Assembly (NCBI GenBank): GCA_034436775.1
Contig: DAOTVI010000043.1
Span: forward strand, 2,327 to 66,326
Reading direction: 5' to 3'
Source: Anaerolineae bacterium
GTDB lineage: Bacteria > Chloroflexota > Anaerolineae > 4572-78 > NAK82
DNA length: 64,000 bases
Shown piece after piece: positions 28,301-36,351 of this stretch. Under the pieces are notes generated by a model. That model saw only the letters and a list, made by a program, of their open reading frames with translations. It made no database searches and was not told where the DNA came from. How positions within the stretch are numbered: the stretch's first letter is position 1; each line of letters opens with the position of its first letter. Both the position numbers and the translations under genes were made by a program.

Positions 28301-29908
28301 CTAGCGCGCATCACGCCAGGTGATGCGCCCCACTTCTTTGCGTAGCACGGCAACTCGTCGGCCCTTATCAGCGTGTAGCTCAAGCTTCCACGATCCAGCT
28401 AACTGACCTGGTGTGCGTTCAAGAGTTTGGCGGAATGCTTGTCCTGGCATCAGCGAGACATTCCATGAGGCGATCACCCGCTCATTATGCCATAGTCGCA
28501 TATGGCCTTCCAGAGCGGAAGTCACCGCCGCGGCCACTGCTACCGTAGAAGGGGATAGGACCAGGTTGAGCGCTGCCTGCTCGTTGGCATAGGCAAAGCC
28601 GTCCGTTTCATTCACCGGATACCAGTATTCTTGCCAGCTTAGCGTCTGGCCAGGTGCTAACGTCACCTCGTCCCAAAAAGTGGGCGCCAACCCGGCCCAC
28701 AGCTCAAAGTAGCGGCTATCATCGTCCGTCCAAACCGCTGCCGGGATGTCACCCGGACTGAATATCTTAGCACCACGCGTTATCTGATGTGGAAAGACGC
28801 GCACCACCCCTAGATGGGTCTGGTGGTTGTATGCCCCCATGAAATCGGCTGTGATGGCGGGATAAGCAAAGAGGCCGAGATACTTTTGCCAATTACTGGC
28901 ACGGCTTATATCGCGCCCCCTGAACTCCGGCCAGGTCATCAGCTTTCCAGAACCAGGCAGATCTTTGTCCCCACTCGAGTGCACCATCACCCGGTTGACC
29001 GGAAGAATAAACTGGAGTCCCGCTTCGGCCTCCCGACTGCCCAAGCTCAACATGCTGTTGATCCAGAACTTATAGCGTACCGGATCGCCGGTCGGGTTGG
29101 TAATCTGGGGGATCAACGTGAAGTAGGAATGCTGGTCATCCAGCTGCACTGTGATGGTGCAGATGAGCCCGGAGTGTTCCTCCACATCGCGCAGTGAAAC
29201 GCTGACGCGATCAGGGTGGCGCTCGATGGTGTAGTGCCAAGGCGTTGCTTCGCTCAGACCGTGTTCATCCAAGGGCAGTGCCCACTCCATACCACCTGTC
29301 GCCAACCACCATCCGCGGATGCCCCAGGGGGTCGGTTTGAGCACCGGATTCGCGTAGAAAAGGTTATGGCCGCTCGCTTTATCAATCCAACGGTACAGGC
29401 GCCCGCCCAGCTCGGGGAGGACGGTGAGCTCGACATAACGATTTTCCAAAACAATGGCACGGTACGTGCGCAGTGAGGGTCGTCCCACCTTATTGTGATC
29501 AAGCCGCGGGTATGGATACACCGGGTCATCCGGCGTGGTCGGCAACAGCGCCGATTGATAATCATAGGTCATCAGCGAGAGGCTGGTTTCATAGACGACC
29601 GGGACGACCGGCGACATCACCTGCGTGGCGGTCGGGGACATCACACGCGAAGGAAGAAGTGTGGAGGGTACCTCGGGTGAAGAAAGTCCGCGTGGCGCGG
29701 TAACGGGAGAAGTGGCCGAAAGGGCACCAGAGGTTAAGGGCGAAGGGGGAGAGACAGGCAAAGTGGATGCCGTGGGGAGAACACGCGCTTTGTGGTCCTC
29801 CGTCATCTCTGTGCCGGTGATACAGCCGTTCAACAGAGCCAGGCATATGCCCAGCAGAAGATAAAGATGAGCAAAAGTTTGAGTAAGGCCTGTGCGCAGC
29901 GACGGCAT
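28301..29908 (-). CDS. Lipobox-bearing exported protein with S/P/T-rich linker and mutarotase-like (DUF5107-like) domain
   Basis: LLLGICLALLNGC lipobox-like signal, then about 70 aa of P/S/T-rich linker. LENRYVELTVLPELGGRLYRWIDKASGHNLFYANPVLKP resembles aldose-epimerase-like/DUF5107 starts, judged from memory rather than a search. The ATG abuts the upstream stop. Confidence 0.6.
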   Translation of the reverse strand: MPSLRTGLTQTFAHLYLLLGICLALLNGCITGTEMTEDHKARVLPTASTLPVSPPSPLTSGALSATSPVTAPRGLSSPEVPSTLLPSRVMSPTATQVMSPVVPVVYETSLSLMTYDYQSALLPTTPDDPVYPYPRLDHNKVGRPSLRTYRAIVLENRYVELTVLPELGGRLYRWIDKASGHNLFYANPVLKPTPWGIRGWWLATGGMEWALPLDEHGLSEATPWHYTIERHPDRVSVSLRDVEEHSGLICTITVQLDDQHSYFTLIPQITNPTGDPVRYKFWINSMLSLGSREAEAGLQFILPVNRVMVHSSGDKDLPGSGKLMTWPEFRGRDISRASNWQKYLGLFAYPAITADFMGAYNHQTHLGVVRVFPHQITRGAKIFSPGDIPAAVWTDDDSRYFELWAGLAPTFWDEVTLAPGQTLSWQEYWYPVNETDGFAYANEQAALNLVLSPSTVAVAAAVTSALEGHMRLWHNERVIASWNVSLMPGQAFRQTLERTPGQLAGSWKLELHADKGRRVAVLRKEVGRITWRDAR

Positions 29909-31546
29909 CTAGCGTCGCTCCATCTGGACCGCGCCCACTTCTCTGACAAAGTAATCGGGCTGCAAGCGTTCTCCGGTAGCATAAGCCAGCGCATCCTGCC
30001 AATGACGCAATGCACCTGGCTGGAAGACCCGCTCCTTTAAGTAACTTCCCACCGCCGGATCGCTCACAAGGCGTTGGCCTGCATTCGCCTGTCCTCCCAG
30101 TACATCCCGCTCGATGGTGGCGCGTAACTGTGAAGCGATCATCTCCCCCATCAGATAGTTATGGTAATACACAGGTGCGGTGCTGAGGTGTATCTTGGCG
30201 GCCCAATCGGCCGCGTCCCGTCCCTCGGGACGGGTGACACCCTGGAAGTGTTCCACCAGATCCCACCACAGCTGGTTGAGATTCTGGTGCGGATCGCGAT
30301 AGAGCGCGCGTTCAAAATGGCTCATTACCGGCACCCAGCGACTCATGATCAGCAGCTCCGCCGCTGCGTGCTGGCGCATCGCGCGTTCCATCTGACGCGC
30401 TTCGTCAGCGCGTTCTGGAATGTAGGTGCTGATCCAATTGACATCGCTCGCCAGTCTTCCCATCAGGATGGCGATTGCCTCGGTCATCAAGATGTGCGCT
30501 GGTTGGCGCAACACATAGGGCAGGCGCATATCCAGATATTTGTCATAAACGGCATGGCCCAGCTCATGCAACAGAGTGGACATCCACTGGTAGTTGGGGC
30601 GCAGGTTGCACAGCATGCGCACATCCCCTTTGCGGTCGATATGGATACAATAAGCATGCTGTTGCTTGTTGGCACGTTCGTACAAGTCGCTGCGTGCCAG
30701 AATGTCGTCCACCTGCAATCCCAATGCGTGATAGAAGCGGCGGCCCAATGCCGCCAGGTCCTGGTCGGCATAGGTGTTTGTCAAAAATTGGTGTACTGCT
30801 GGATCCGCCGTCGGGGCTTCTTGAAAGAAGGGGTCACTGTAATGCCATGGGCGCAATGCTTGTGGCGAGACTCCAAAGCGCGCGCTCAGCTGGGCGTCCA
30901 GGACGGACTTATAGGCCTGGTAAATGGGACGGACCTGGCGGTCCAGCTCATCCCATAGAGTGAACAGCTGCGCCTCATCCAACTCTTGAAGTGTCAGGCG
31001 CATCGTATAGTAGTTGTCGAAGCCACTGTCGCGTGCGACCCGGTTGCGTATCTCCACCAGTTCGAGCAGCCGGGATGCGACACGGACACCGATCTGCTTG
31101 CTTGCCTCCCAAGCCTGTTGGCGCAGTGCATTATCCGTTGATTCCCGCAAAATCTCTTTGATCTCATTGTCACTCACCGGCTTGCCGTTCAAGACGGCGC
31201 GGAATGTGTTAAACTCGTTCTCGAGGTCCGCTTCGCGTTGGCTGATCTCCCGAATGGTCTCATCGTCCATCTGATTGCCCAGAAACTGATAGCGCAGCAG
31301 AATCACTTGACGGGCAAGGACTTCATCCACCAAAGGATCTTTCTCACAGAGAGCATTGAAGCGCTCAAAGGTGACGCGATCGGCATACAGACGGCGCAAC
31401 GCAATCTGCAAGCGCACATATTCTTGCTGGTGCTCAGGTCGGCCGGTCGTGGTGAAATGCCAGTACGCCAGAGCTGCCTGAGTTTCTACTTTCTCGACTT
31501 GAGCAACAAACTGTTCTACGAAATCGGCAAGCGTATTGAGATTCAT
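29909..31546 (-). CDS. Gluzincin metallopeptidase, M2 (ACE-like) family candidate, no signal peptide
   Basis: LLHELGHAVYDKYLDMRLPYVLRQPAHILMTEAIAILMG aligns by eye with the ACE HEMGH...(about 24 aa)...HEAIGD zinc site. 545 aa. Confidence 0.65.
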   Translation of the reverse strand: MNLNTLADFVEQFVAQVEKVETQAALAYWHFTTTGRPEHQQEYVRLQIALRRLYADRVTFERFNALCEKDPLVDEVLARQVILLRYQFLGNQMDDETIREISQREADLENEFNTFRAVLNGKPVSDNEIKEILRESTDNALRQQAWEASKQIGVRVASRLLELVEIRNRVARDSGFDNYYTMRLTLQELDEAQLFTLWDELDRQVRPIYQAYKSVLDAQLSARFGVSPQALRPWHYSDPFFQEAPTADPAVHQFLTNTYADQDLAALGRRFYHALGLQVDDILARSDLYERANKQQHAYCIHIDRKGDVRMLCNLRPNYQWMSTLLHELGHAVYDKYLDMRLPYVLRQPAHILMTEAIAILMGRLASDVNWISTYIPERADEARQMERAMRQHAAAELLIMSRWVPVMSHFERALYRDPHQNLNQLWWDLVEHFQGVTRPEGRDAADWAAKIHLSTAPVYYHNYLMGEMIASQLRATIERDVLGGQANAGQRLVSDPAVGSYLKERVFQPGALRHWQDALAYATGERLQPDYFVREVGAVQMERR

Positions 31547-31926
31547 TCTTCTGGTTCATCCGCATCGGTGATGAGTTGCTCTGCGTGTTCGGTGCGCACC
31601 CATAGCGTAAGAACCTGGCCCTCCTGAACCTGGCTCCAGCGTGCCGCTACGATCTCGATCTCGGCGCGGGCGCTCGTCGGTGCGTAGGGCGCATGACGCA
31701 CCGGATAGTTCAAGCGCGCTGGGCGTCCCTCGGCCCAGGCACGTCGACAGCGTTCCACCAGCCCTGGCCCGTTGAAGGTGCGCATATCGCACGAGGCGAC
31801 AACGGTTGGCACGGATCCCTCTGCCAATGAAGCTACCCACAGCTGGTCGGCGGGCTTGAACTGTGGGGGCGGCCCCTCGACGATGGTGATGTAAGCGACT
31901 TGATCGGAATCAAACTTCTCTCCCAT
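31543..31926 (-). CDS. Hypothetical protein, 127 aa, acidic C-terminus
   Basis: ORF with an ATGA overlap to the downstream peptidase start, 20 nt after the upstream SDR stop. I recognise no motif. Confidence 0.55.
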   Translation of the reverse strand: MGEKFDSDQVAYITIVEGPPPQFKPADQLWVASLAEGSVPTVVASCDMRTFNGPGLVERCRRAWAEGRPARLNYPVRHAPYAPTSARAEIEIVAARWSQVQEGQVLTLWVRTEHAEQLITDADEPEE

Positions 31927-31946
31927 AGATCTTCAGATCTTCCCAA

Positions 31947-32912
31947 TCACAAGTAGCCGTGCTGACGGAACCAGCGGAGGGTGTCCTCCGCCGTGATGGT
32001 GAATGGACGGGATGTATGTCCCAGCTCCCGGCGTGCCCGAGAAGTGTTCAGCGGCTGCCAATATGGCACAGCCTGTAAGATGTCGCCACCCAGGATGCCC
32101 AGCCACGCGATCCACCGTCCCAACTGTGCGATCATAGGAGAGGGCAAACGCATCCAAGGCGGGCGCCGACCTGCCACGCGTGCTATGATGGTGAGCATCT
32201 CGCGATAGCTCATCGTCTCACCGCCCAGGATGTAGCGTTGTCCCACCTGTCCCTTTTCGACGGCACGTACGTGGGAGGCTGCCACGTCGCGCACATCCAC
32301 GACGTCCTGGACTCCATCCGGGTAGAAGAAAGCCCACCCTTTAGCGGCTATCAGGAACAGCTTTCCACTCGTTGGCTTTACGTCCCCTGGCCCGAACACA
32401 GCCGTCGGGCACAGCACCACTACCGGCAATCCAGAGGACAGCGCCATTTCCTCCATAACAATTTTGACGTTGAAGTAGCAGATGGGCAAGTCGTTCAGTT
32501 GATAGACATCGCGCTCATCGGCCAAACGGCCGGGTTCACCGGGTCGGCCGATTGTGCTCAGGGAGCTGGTATAAACCAAAAGATCGGATCTGGCACGACG
32601 GAAAGCCTGAAGAACGTTTTCCATCTGGGTGCGCGCCCGTATGATTTGAGCGGTGGCGTTGCGGCTGGAACGAGGGTAATAGCCTGCCGCGTGGAAAACC
32701 ACCTGACAGCCCGACATCGCCGCCACAAGCGAGTCAAGATTGTTCAGATCGGCATAACACCATGAGAACCGCCCTTGTGCGGCCAGGTCGGCGATAGCGC
32801 CCTGATGTTGTCCATCGCGCCGGGTGCCACGCACTTGCCAGCCCTGTTCCACCGCAGCACGCGCGATGGCGCCACCGATAAACCCTGTTGCCCCGATGAC
32901 GAGTGCCCGCAT
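31947..32912 (-). CDS. Extended SDR, NAD-dependent epimerase/reductase (HpnA/dihydroflavonol-reductase-like)
   Basis: MRALVIGATGFIGGAIA Rossmann start. YFNVK catalytic Yx3K. 1-nt TGATG overlap with the upstream ADH. Confidence 0.85.
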   Translation of the reverse strand: MRALVIGATGFIGGAIARAAVEQGWQVRGTRRDGQHQGAIADLAAQGRFSWCYADLNNLDSLVAAMSGCQVVFHAAGYYPRSSRNATAQIIRARTQMENVLQAFRRARSDLLVYTSSLSTIGRPGEPGRLADERDVYQLNDLPICYFNVKIVMEEMALSSGLPVVVLCPTAVFGPGDVKPTSGKLFLIAAKGWAFFYPDGVQDVVDVRDVAASHVRAVEKGQVGQRYILGGETMSYREMLTIIARVAGRRPPWMRLPSPMIAQLGRWIAWLGILGGDILQAVPYWQPLNTSRARRELGHTSRPFTITAEDTLRWFRQHGYL

Positions 32913-34123
32913 CAGTCATCGACAGTGATAACAACTTTGATGGAACCGGTGCGTTTGTCACGTGCCGTGGCAACCGCTCGTTTCCATTCGGATAAGGGGA
33001 AGCGATGAGTAATGAGCCCGTCCACTTGCAACTTTCGGTGACGCATCAGCTCGATGACCAGTTCGTAGGTGTGACATCGCTTGCCCTGCCAGCTTTCGGT
33101 GCCATGGGCCAGCACACCCACCAGATCAACCTCTTGATGCCAGATGGGGCTTAAATCTACGTGAAAGCGTGCCATCTTCACGCCGAGCAGCACGACACAC
33201 CCGCCGGCGCGTGCCCAACGCAGACAATCTTGAACGGAATTGGCTGATCCGACACAGTCGTAGATCACATCGAAGCCCCCCAGCAGCATGCGATTATTGA
33301 ACAGGCCCCGATACAGCCTGGCATGGGTGATACGTGCGGTCATCTGGTAGCCGTCTTCGCCCCGCACCACCTCGTGGGCACCCAGTTGGTGTGCCATTTC
33401 CGCCTGGTGGGGATGGCGGGTCACAATGGTGACATGGCAATCGGGGGCCAGGGCGCGTACACATTGTAACGTGCTGAGCCCGATCACACCGCCCCCCAGG
33501 ATCAAAACTTGTTGGCCGGGTTGTGGCAAACGACGCAACACTGCGCGCACCGGTGTGCTGATCGGTTCGACCATCATCGCCTGATCGTCGGTGAGATCGG
33601 TGGGCACCGCATAGAGTTCTGTCTCATGAGCGATGAAACTGTCTCCCCAGCCTCCCCCTGCCCCTTGAATGCCCAACCCCAGCGAGGCATTCTCACAGCG
33701 CGTGTAATTGCCCACAGCGCAGTGGGGACAAGGTGGGTCGATCTCCTGGCTCAGGCACGTGGGATTAGTAAAGCGTGAATCCATAATCACGCGATCTCCC
33801 ACTTTGAAGCGAGTCACTCCAGAGCCCACTTCTACCACATGACCGACGATTTCGTGACCAAGATAGAAGCGCTGGGTAGAAGGCAAGGCAAGCGGCGCAA
33901 TGTCAATATCGGCTTCGGCAAACAGTAGACTGAGATCACTGCCACAGATGCCACACTGACGGTTGCGCACGCGCACCCAGCGTGGCCCGGGCAACTCCGG
34001 GTCGGGTATGTCGACCCAGTGGGCATGCGAGAACGCGCTGTAGGCAACTCCTGGCCACACAGATTTGAGCGCCTTGACGAGCAGAGCTCGGGGGATATCT
34101 TTTTCGATGTAGACCGCACGCAA
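32912..34123 (-). CDS. Zinc-dependent medium-chain dehydrogenase/reductase
   Basis: CGICGSD and GHE catalytic-Zn ligands, a Cys-rich structural-Zn loop (CLSQEIDPPCPHCAVGNYTRC), and GGGVIGL NAD motif. TTG start with a GGGAGGAG RBS 6 nt upstream. Confidence 0.85.
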   Translation of the reverse strand: MRAVYIEKDIPRALLVKALKSVWPGVAYSAFSHAHWVDIPDPELPGPRWVRVRNRQCGICGSDLSLLFAEADIDIAPLALPSTQRFYLGHEIVGHVVEVGSGVTRFKVGDRVIMDSRFTNPTCLSQEIDPPCPHCAVGNYTRCENASLGLGIQGAGGGWGDSFIAHETELYAVPTDLTDDQAMMVEPISTPVRAVLRRLPQPGQQVLILGGGVIGLSTLQCVRALAPDCHVTIVTRHPHQAEMAHQLGAHEVVRGEDGYQMTARITHARLYRGLFNNRMLLGGFDVIYDCVGSANSVQDCLRWARAGGCVVLLGVKMARFHVDLSPIWHQEVDLVGVLAHGTESWQGKRCHTYELVIELMRHRKLQVDGLITHRFPLSEWKRAVATARDKRTGSIKVVITVDD

Positions 34124-34126
34124 GTG

Positions 34127-35395
34127 TCACTCCTCCCACTTCCGCAACACCAGACAGCTGTTTTGGCCTCCGAAGCCAAAGCAGTTGACCATCACCGTCT
34201 TGACACGGGCCGAACGTCCCACATTGGGCACGTAATCGAGATCACATTCTGGGTCAGGTGTTTCATAATTGAGGGTGGGTGCAATGGTGTTGGTCAGCAT
34301 CGCCTGCACTGCAGCTACCACCGAAATAGCCCCGGCGGCACCGATCATATGGCCTAGGGCACCCTTGTTGGAGCTGACCGGCACCCGATAAGCGGCTTCC
34401 TCACCCAGCGCCATCTTGATCGCCTTGGTCTCGATCGCATCGTTCATTTTTGTAGCTGTGCCATGGGCAACAATCCAGTCGAGATCAGAAGGGGGAACAT
34501 TCGCTTCTTGCAACGCGGCCCGCATCGCGCGCGCTGCGCCCTCGCCGGATGGATCGGGTGCCACAACGTGGTAAGCATCACACGTGAGTGAATAGCCCAA
34601 CACCTCGGCCAAGATCGTGGCGCCGCGTTGCTGAGCATGTTCGAGGGTTTCTAACACGAGCACAGCAGCGCCTTCCCCCACGACGGTGCCATCGCGATTC
34701 AAGTCGAAAGGAGCGCATGCCCTCTCCGGTCGGTCGTTCTTGACCGAGGTGGCGCCCAGGCGGGCAAATCCTGCCACAGACAGGGGAGAAAGCACAGCCT
34801 CCGACCCTCCAGCGATTATGACATCGGCATCACCCCAGCTGAGCTTACGCACCGCTTCTCCCAAGGAAATTAAACCAGTAGCACATGCCCCGCTCACTGA
34901 GTTGACCGGCCCTTTGATCCCCAACTCGATGGCCACCGCACACGCCACTGTGTTGATCAGGATGGCAGGGATCAACGTGGGATTAATCTGACGCACCCCT
35001 TTCGTGTCCAGGATCAGCCGTTGCTCCTCCACGATGCTGGAGCCCCCCATCGAGCTGCCGATCTCAACTCCGATGCGCGTCACATCTTCCTGGGAAAGGT
35101 CGAGCTGGGCTTGCGCGACCGCCTGCTTGGCCGCCGCTAATCCATATAGAATGAAGGGGGAGAGGCGACGCGCATCCCGCGGATGAATGTACGGGGTCGC
35201 ATCAAATCCCTTGACAAAGGCGGCCATTTGGGTGGGATATTGGCTGACATCCCAGTGGGTAATACGGGTGACCCCTGATTTTCCCTCGATAAGCGCTTGC
35301 CATGTGCTGGGAACGTCCAAGCCCAGGGGTGTTATGGCACCCATGCCGGTTATGACCACCCGTCTTCTGCCGTTCCAGGAGAGGATGTTCGCCAT
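34127..35395 (-). CDS. fabF: Beta-ketoacyl-ACP synthase II
   Basis: VVITGMGAITPLG start. Active-site contexts GACATG (Cys), HGTATK (His) and GHMIGAAG (His). Confidence 0.9.
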   Translation of the reverse strand: MANILSWNGRRRVVITGMGAITPLGLDVPSTWQALIEGKSGVTRITHWDVSQYPTQMAAFVKGFDATPYIHPRDARRLSPFILYGLAAAKQAVAQAQLDLSQEDVTRIGVEIGSSMGGSSIVEEQRLILDTKGVRQINPTLIPAILINTVACAVAIELGIKGPVNSVSGACATGLISLGEAVRKLSWGDADVIIAGGSEAVLSPLSVAGFARLGATSVKNDRPERACAPFDLNRDGTVVGEGAAVLVLETLEHAQQRGATILAEVLGYSLTCDAYHVVAPDPSGEGAARAMRAALQEANVPPSDLDWIVAHGTATKMNDAIETKAIKMALGEEAAYRVPVSSNKGALGHMIGAAGAISVVAAVQAMLTNTIAPTLNYETPDPECDLDYVPNVGRSARVKTVMVNCFGFGGQNSCLVLRKWEE

Positions 35396-35412
35396 AAATC
35401 TCTACCTGTTTA

Positions 35413-35440
35413 TTGACAATGGAGTGTTGTGTTATACAAT
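35413..35440 (+). promoter_or_regulatory. Near-consensus sigma70 promoter facing the wHTH-degV genes
   Basis: TTGACA (35413-35418), 16-nt spacer, TACAAT (35435-35440). Confidence 0.45.
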
Positions 35441-35464
35441 GTATCCGGTAGCTGGATATGGCTC

Positions 35465-35480
35465 CGTGTTGTCAAACACG
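35465..35480. promoter_or_regulatory. 16-bp palindrome, operator candidate
   Basis: CGTGTT-GTCA-AACACG, with perfect 6-bp arms. Contains TTGTCAA, which recurs at 35548-35554 and in inverted form (TTGACAA) at 35413-35419. Confidence 0.35.
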
Positions 35481-35525
35481 ATCTCATTATCGAGTAATAG
35501 CTTGTCTCATCACGGAGTGTGCACC

Positions 35526-35554
35526 AGTCTAGTCGAACCGTAACACGTTGTCAA
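35526..35554 (-). promoter_or_regulatory. sigma70-type promoter candidate facing fabF
   Basis: On the minus strand: TTGACA (35554-35549), 17-nt spacer, TAGACT (35531-35526). Confidence 0.35.
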
Positions 35555-35604
35555 GGAATCTTCAGCGCACGCCGCCAGATGACATTGAATTCGGACAGCT
35601 GGCT

Positions 35605-36351
35605 ATGAAAATTAAGCTGACACGGCGACAACAGGCGTTTTTGGACAAATTATTTGACCTTTATCGCGAGTTCGGGCAACCGGTGCACTACTCTGTGGTG
35701 GCAGAGCGGCTGGGCGTCAACCGTTTTTCTGCCTATGATATGCTCAAGACGCTTGAGGAGAAAGGGGTAGCGGCCTCGGCCTACGCGCCCAAGGGAGATC
35801 AGAGGGGACCCGGTCGTTCTATGGTGCTGTTTTATCCCACGTACCGCGCAGCAAAGTTCCTGACCCAGCTGCGTCAGGATATGTTCGGCAACGATGAGTG
35901 GCCTCAGGTCAAGGAGAACGTCTTGCGTCGGTTGCGCCAATCTCTCGAAAGCAATTCACGCAAAACTGTGCGCGATCTATTGAGTCAACTCCCTAATGTG
36001 AAAACCCCACTGGCGTATTGCACCGAGATGATCGGTGTGTTGCTGCTCAATTTGGCCCAGTGCCAGGAGCGCAATTTCACCTTGGGCAGCCTTCAACCCC
36101 TGACGGTTAGCGGTGGACCGATCGGTCTGGGGACATTGGCCGGCTTGAGTTTAGGTTCACTGGTATCGGGTCAAACCGACGACCCTTCCCTCACAGAGCG
36201 GTTGGCTCATCATATCCGTGAATTCCAGGAACAGCTGAACGAGCTGAGTGAAGAGAGTCTCAACCGTCTGAACGCTTTCTTGCAAGATGCATTGAAAGCT
36301 GTGGAGAACGCGCGAAGGGCGAGCAGACAAGGAGAGCCACCTGGTGATTAA
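35605..36351 (+). CDS. DtxR-like winged-helix DNA-binding protein with an uncharacterised C-terminal domain
   Basis: From the ATG at 35605: MKIKLTRRQQAFLDKLFDLYREFGQPVHYSVVAERLGVNRFSAYDMLKTLEEKGV, resembling the DtxR/MntR N-terminal HTH. The remaining about 170 aa are unrecognised. The TTG at 35548 in the track is probably an over-extension. Confidence 0.6.
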   Translation: MKIKLTRRQQAFLDKLFDLYREFGQPVHYSVVAERLGVNRFSAYDMLKTLEEKGVAASAYAPKGDQRGPGRSMVLFYPTYRAAKFLTQLRQDMFGNDEWPQVKENVLRRLRQSLESNSRKTVRDLLSQLPNVKTPLAYCTEMIGVLLLNLAQCQERNFTLGSLQPLTVSGGPIGLGTLAGLSLGSLVSGQTDDPSLTERLAHHIREFQEQLNELSEESLNRLNAFLQDALKAVENARRASRQGEPPGD

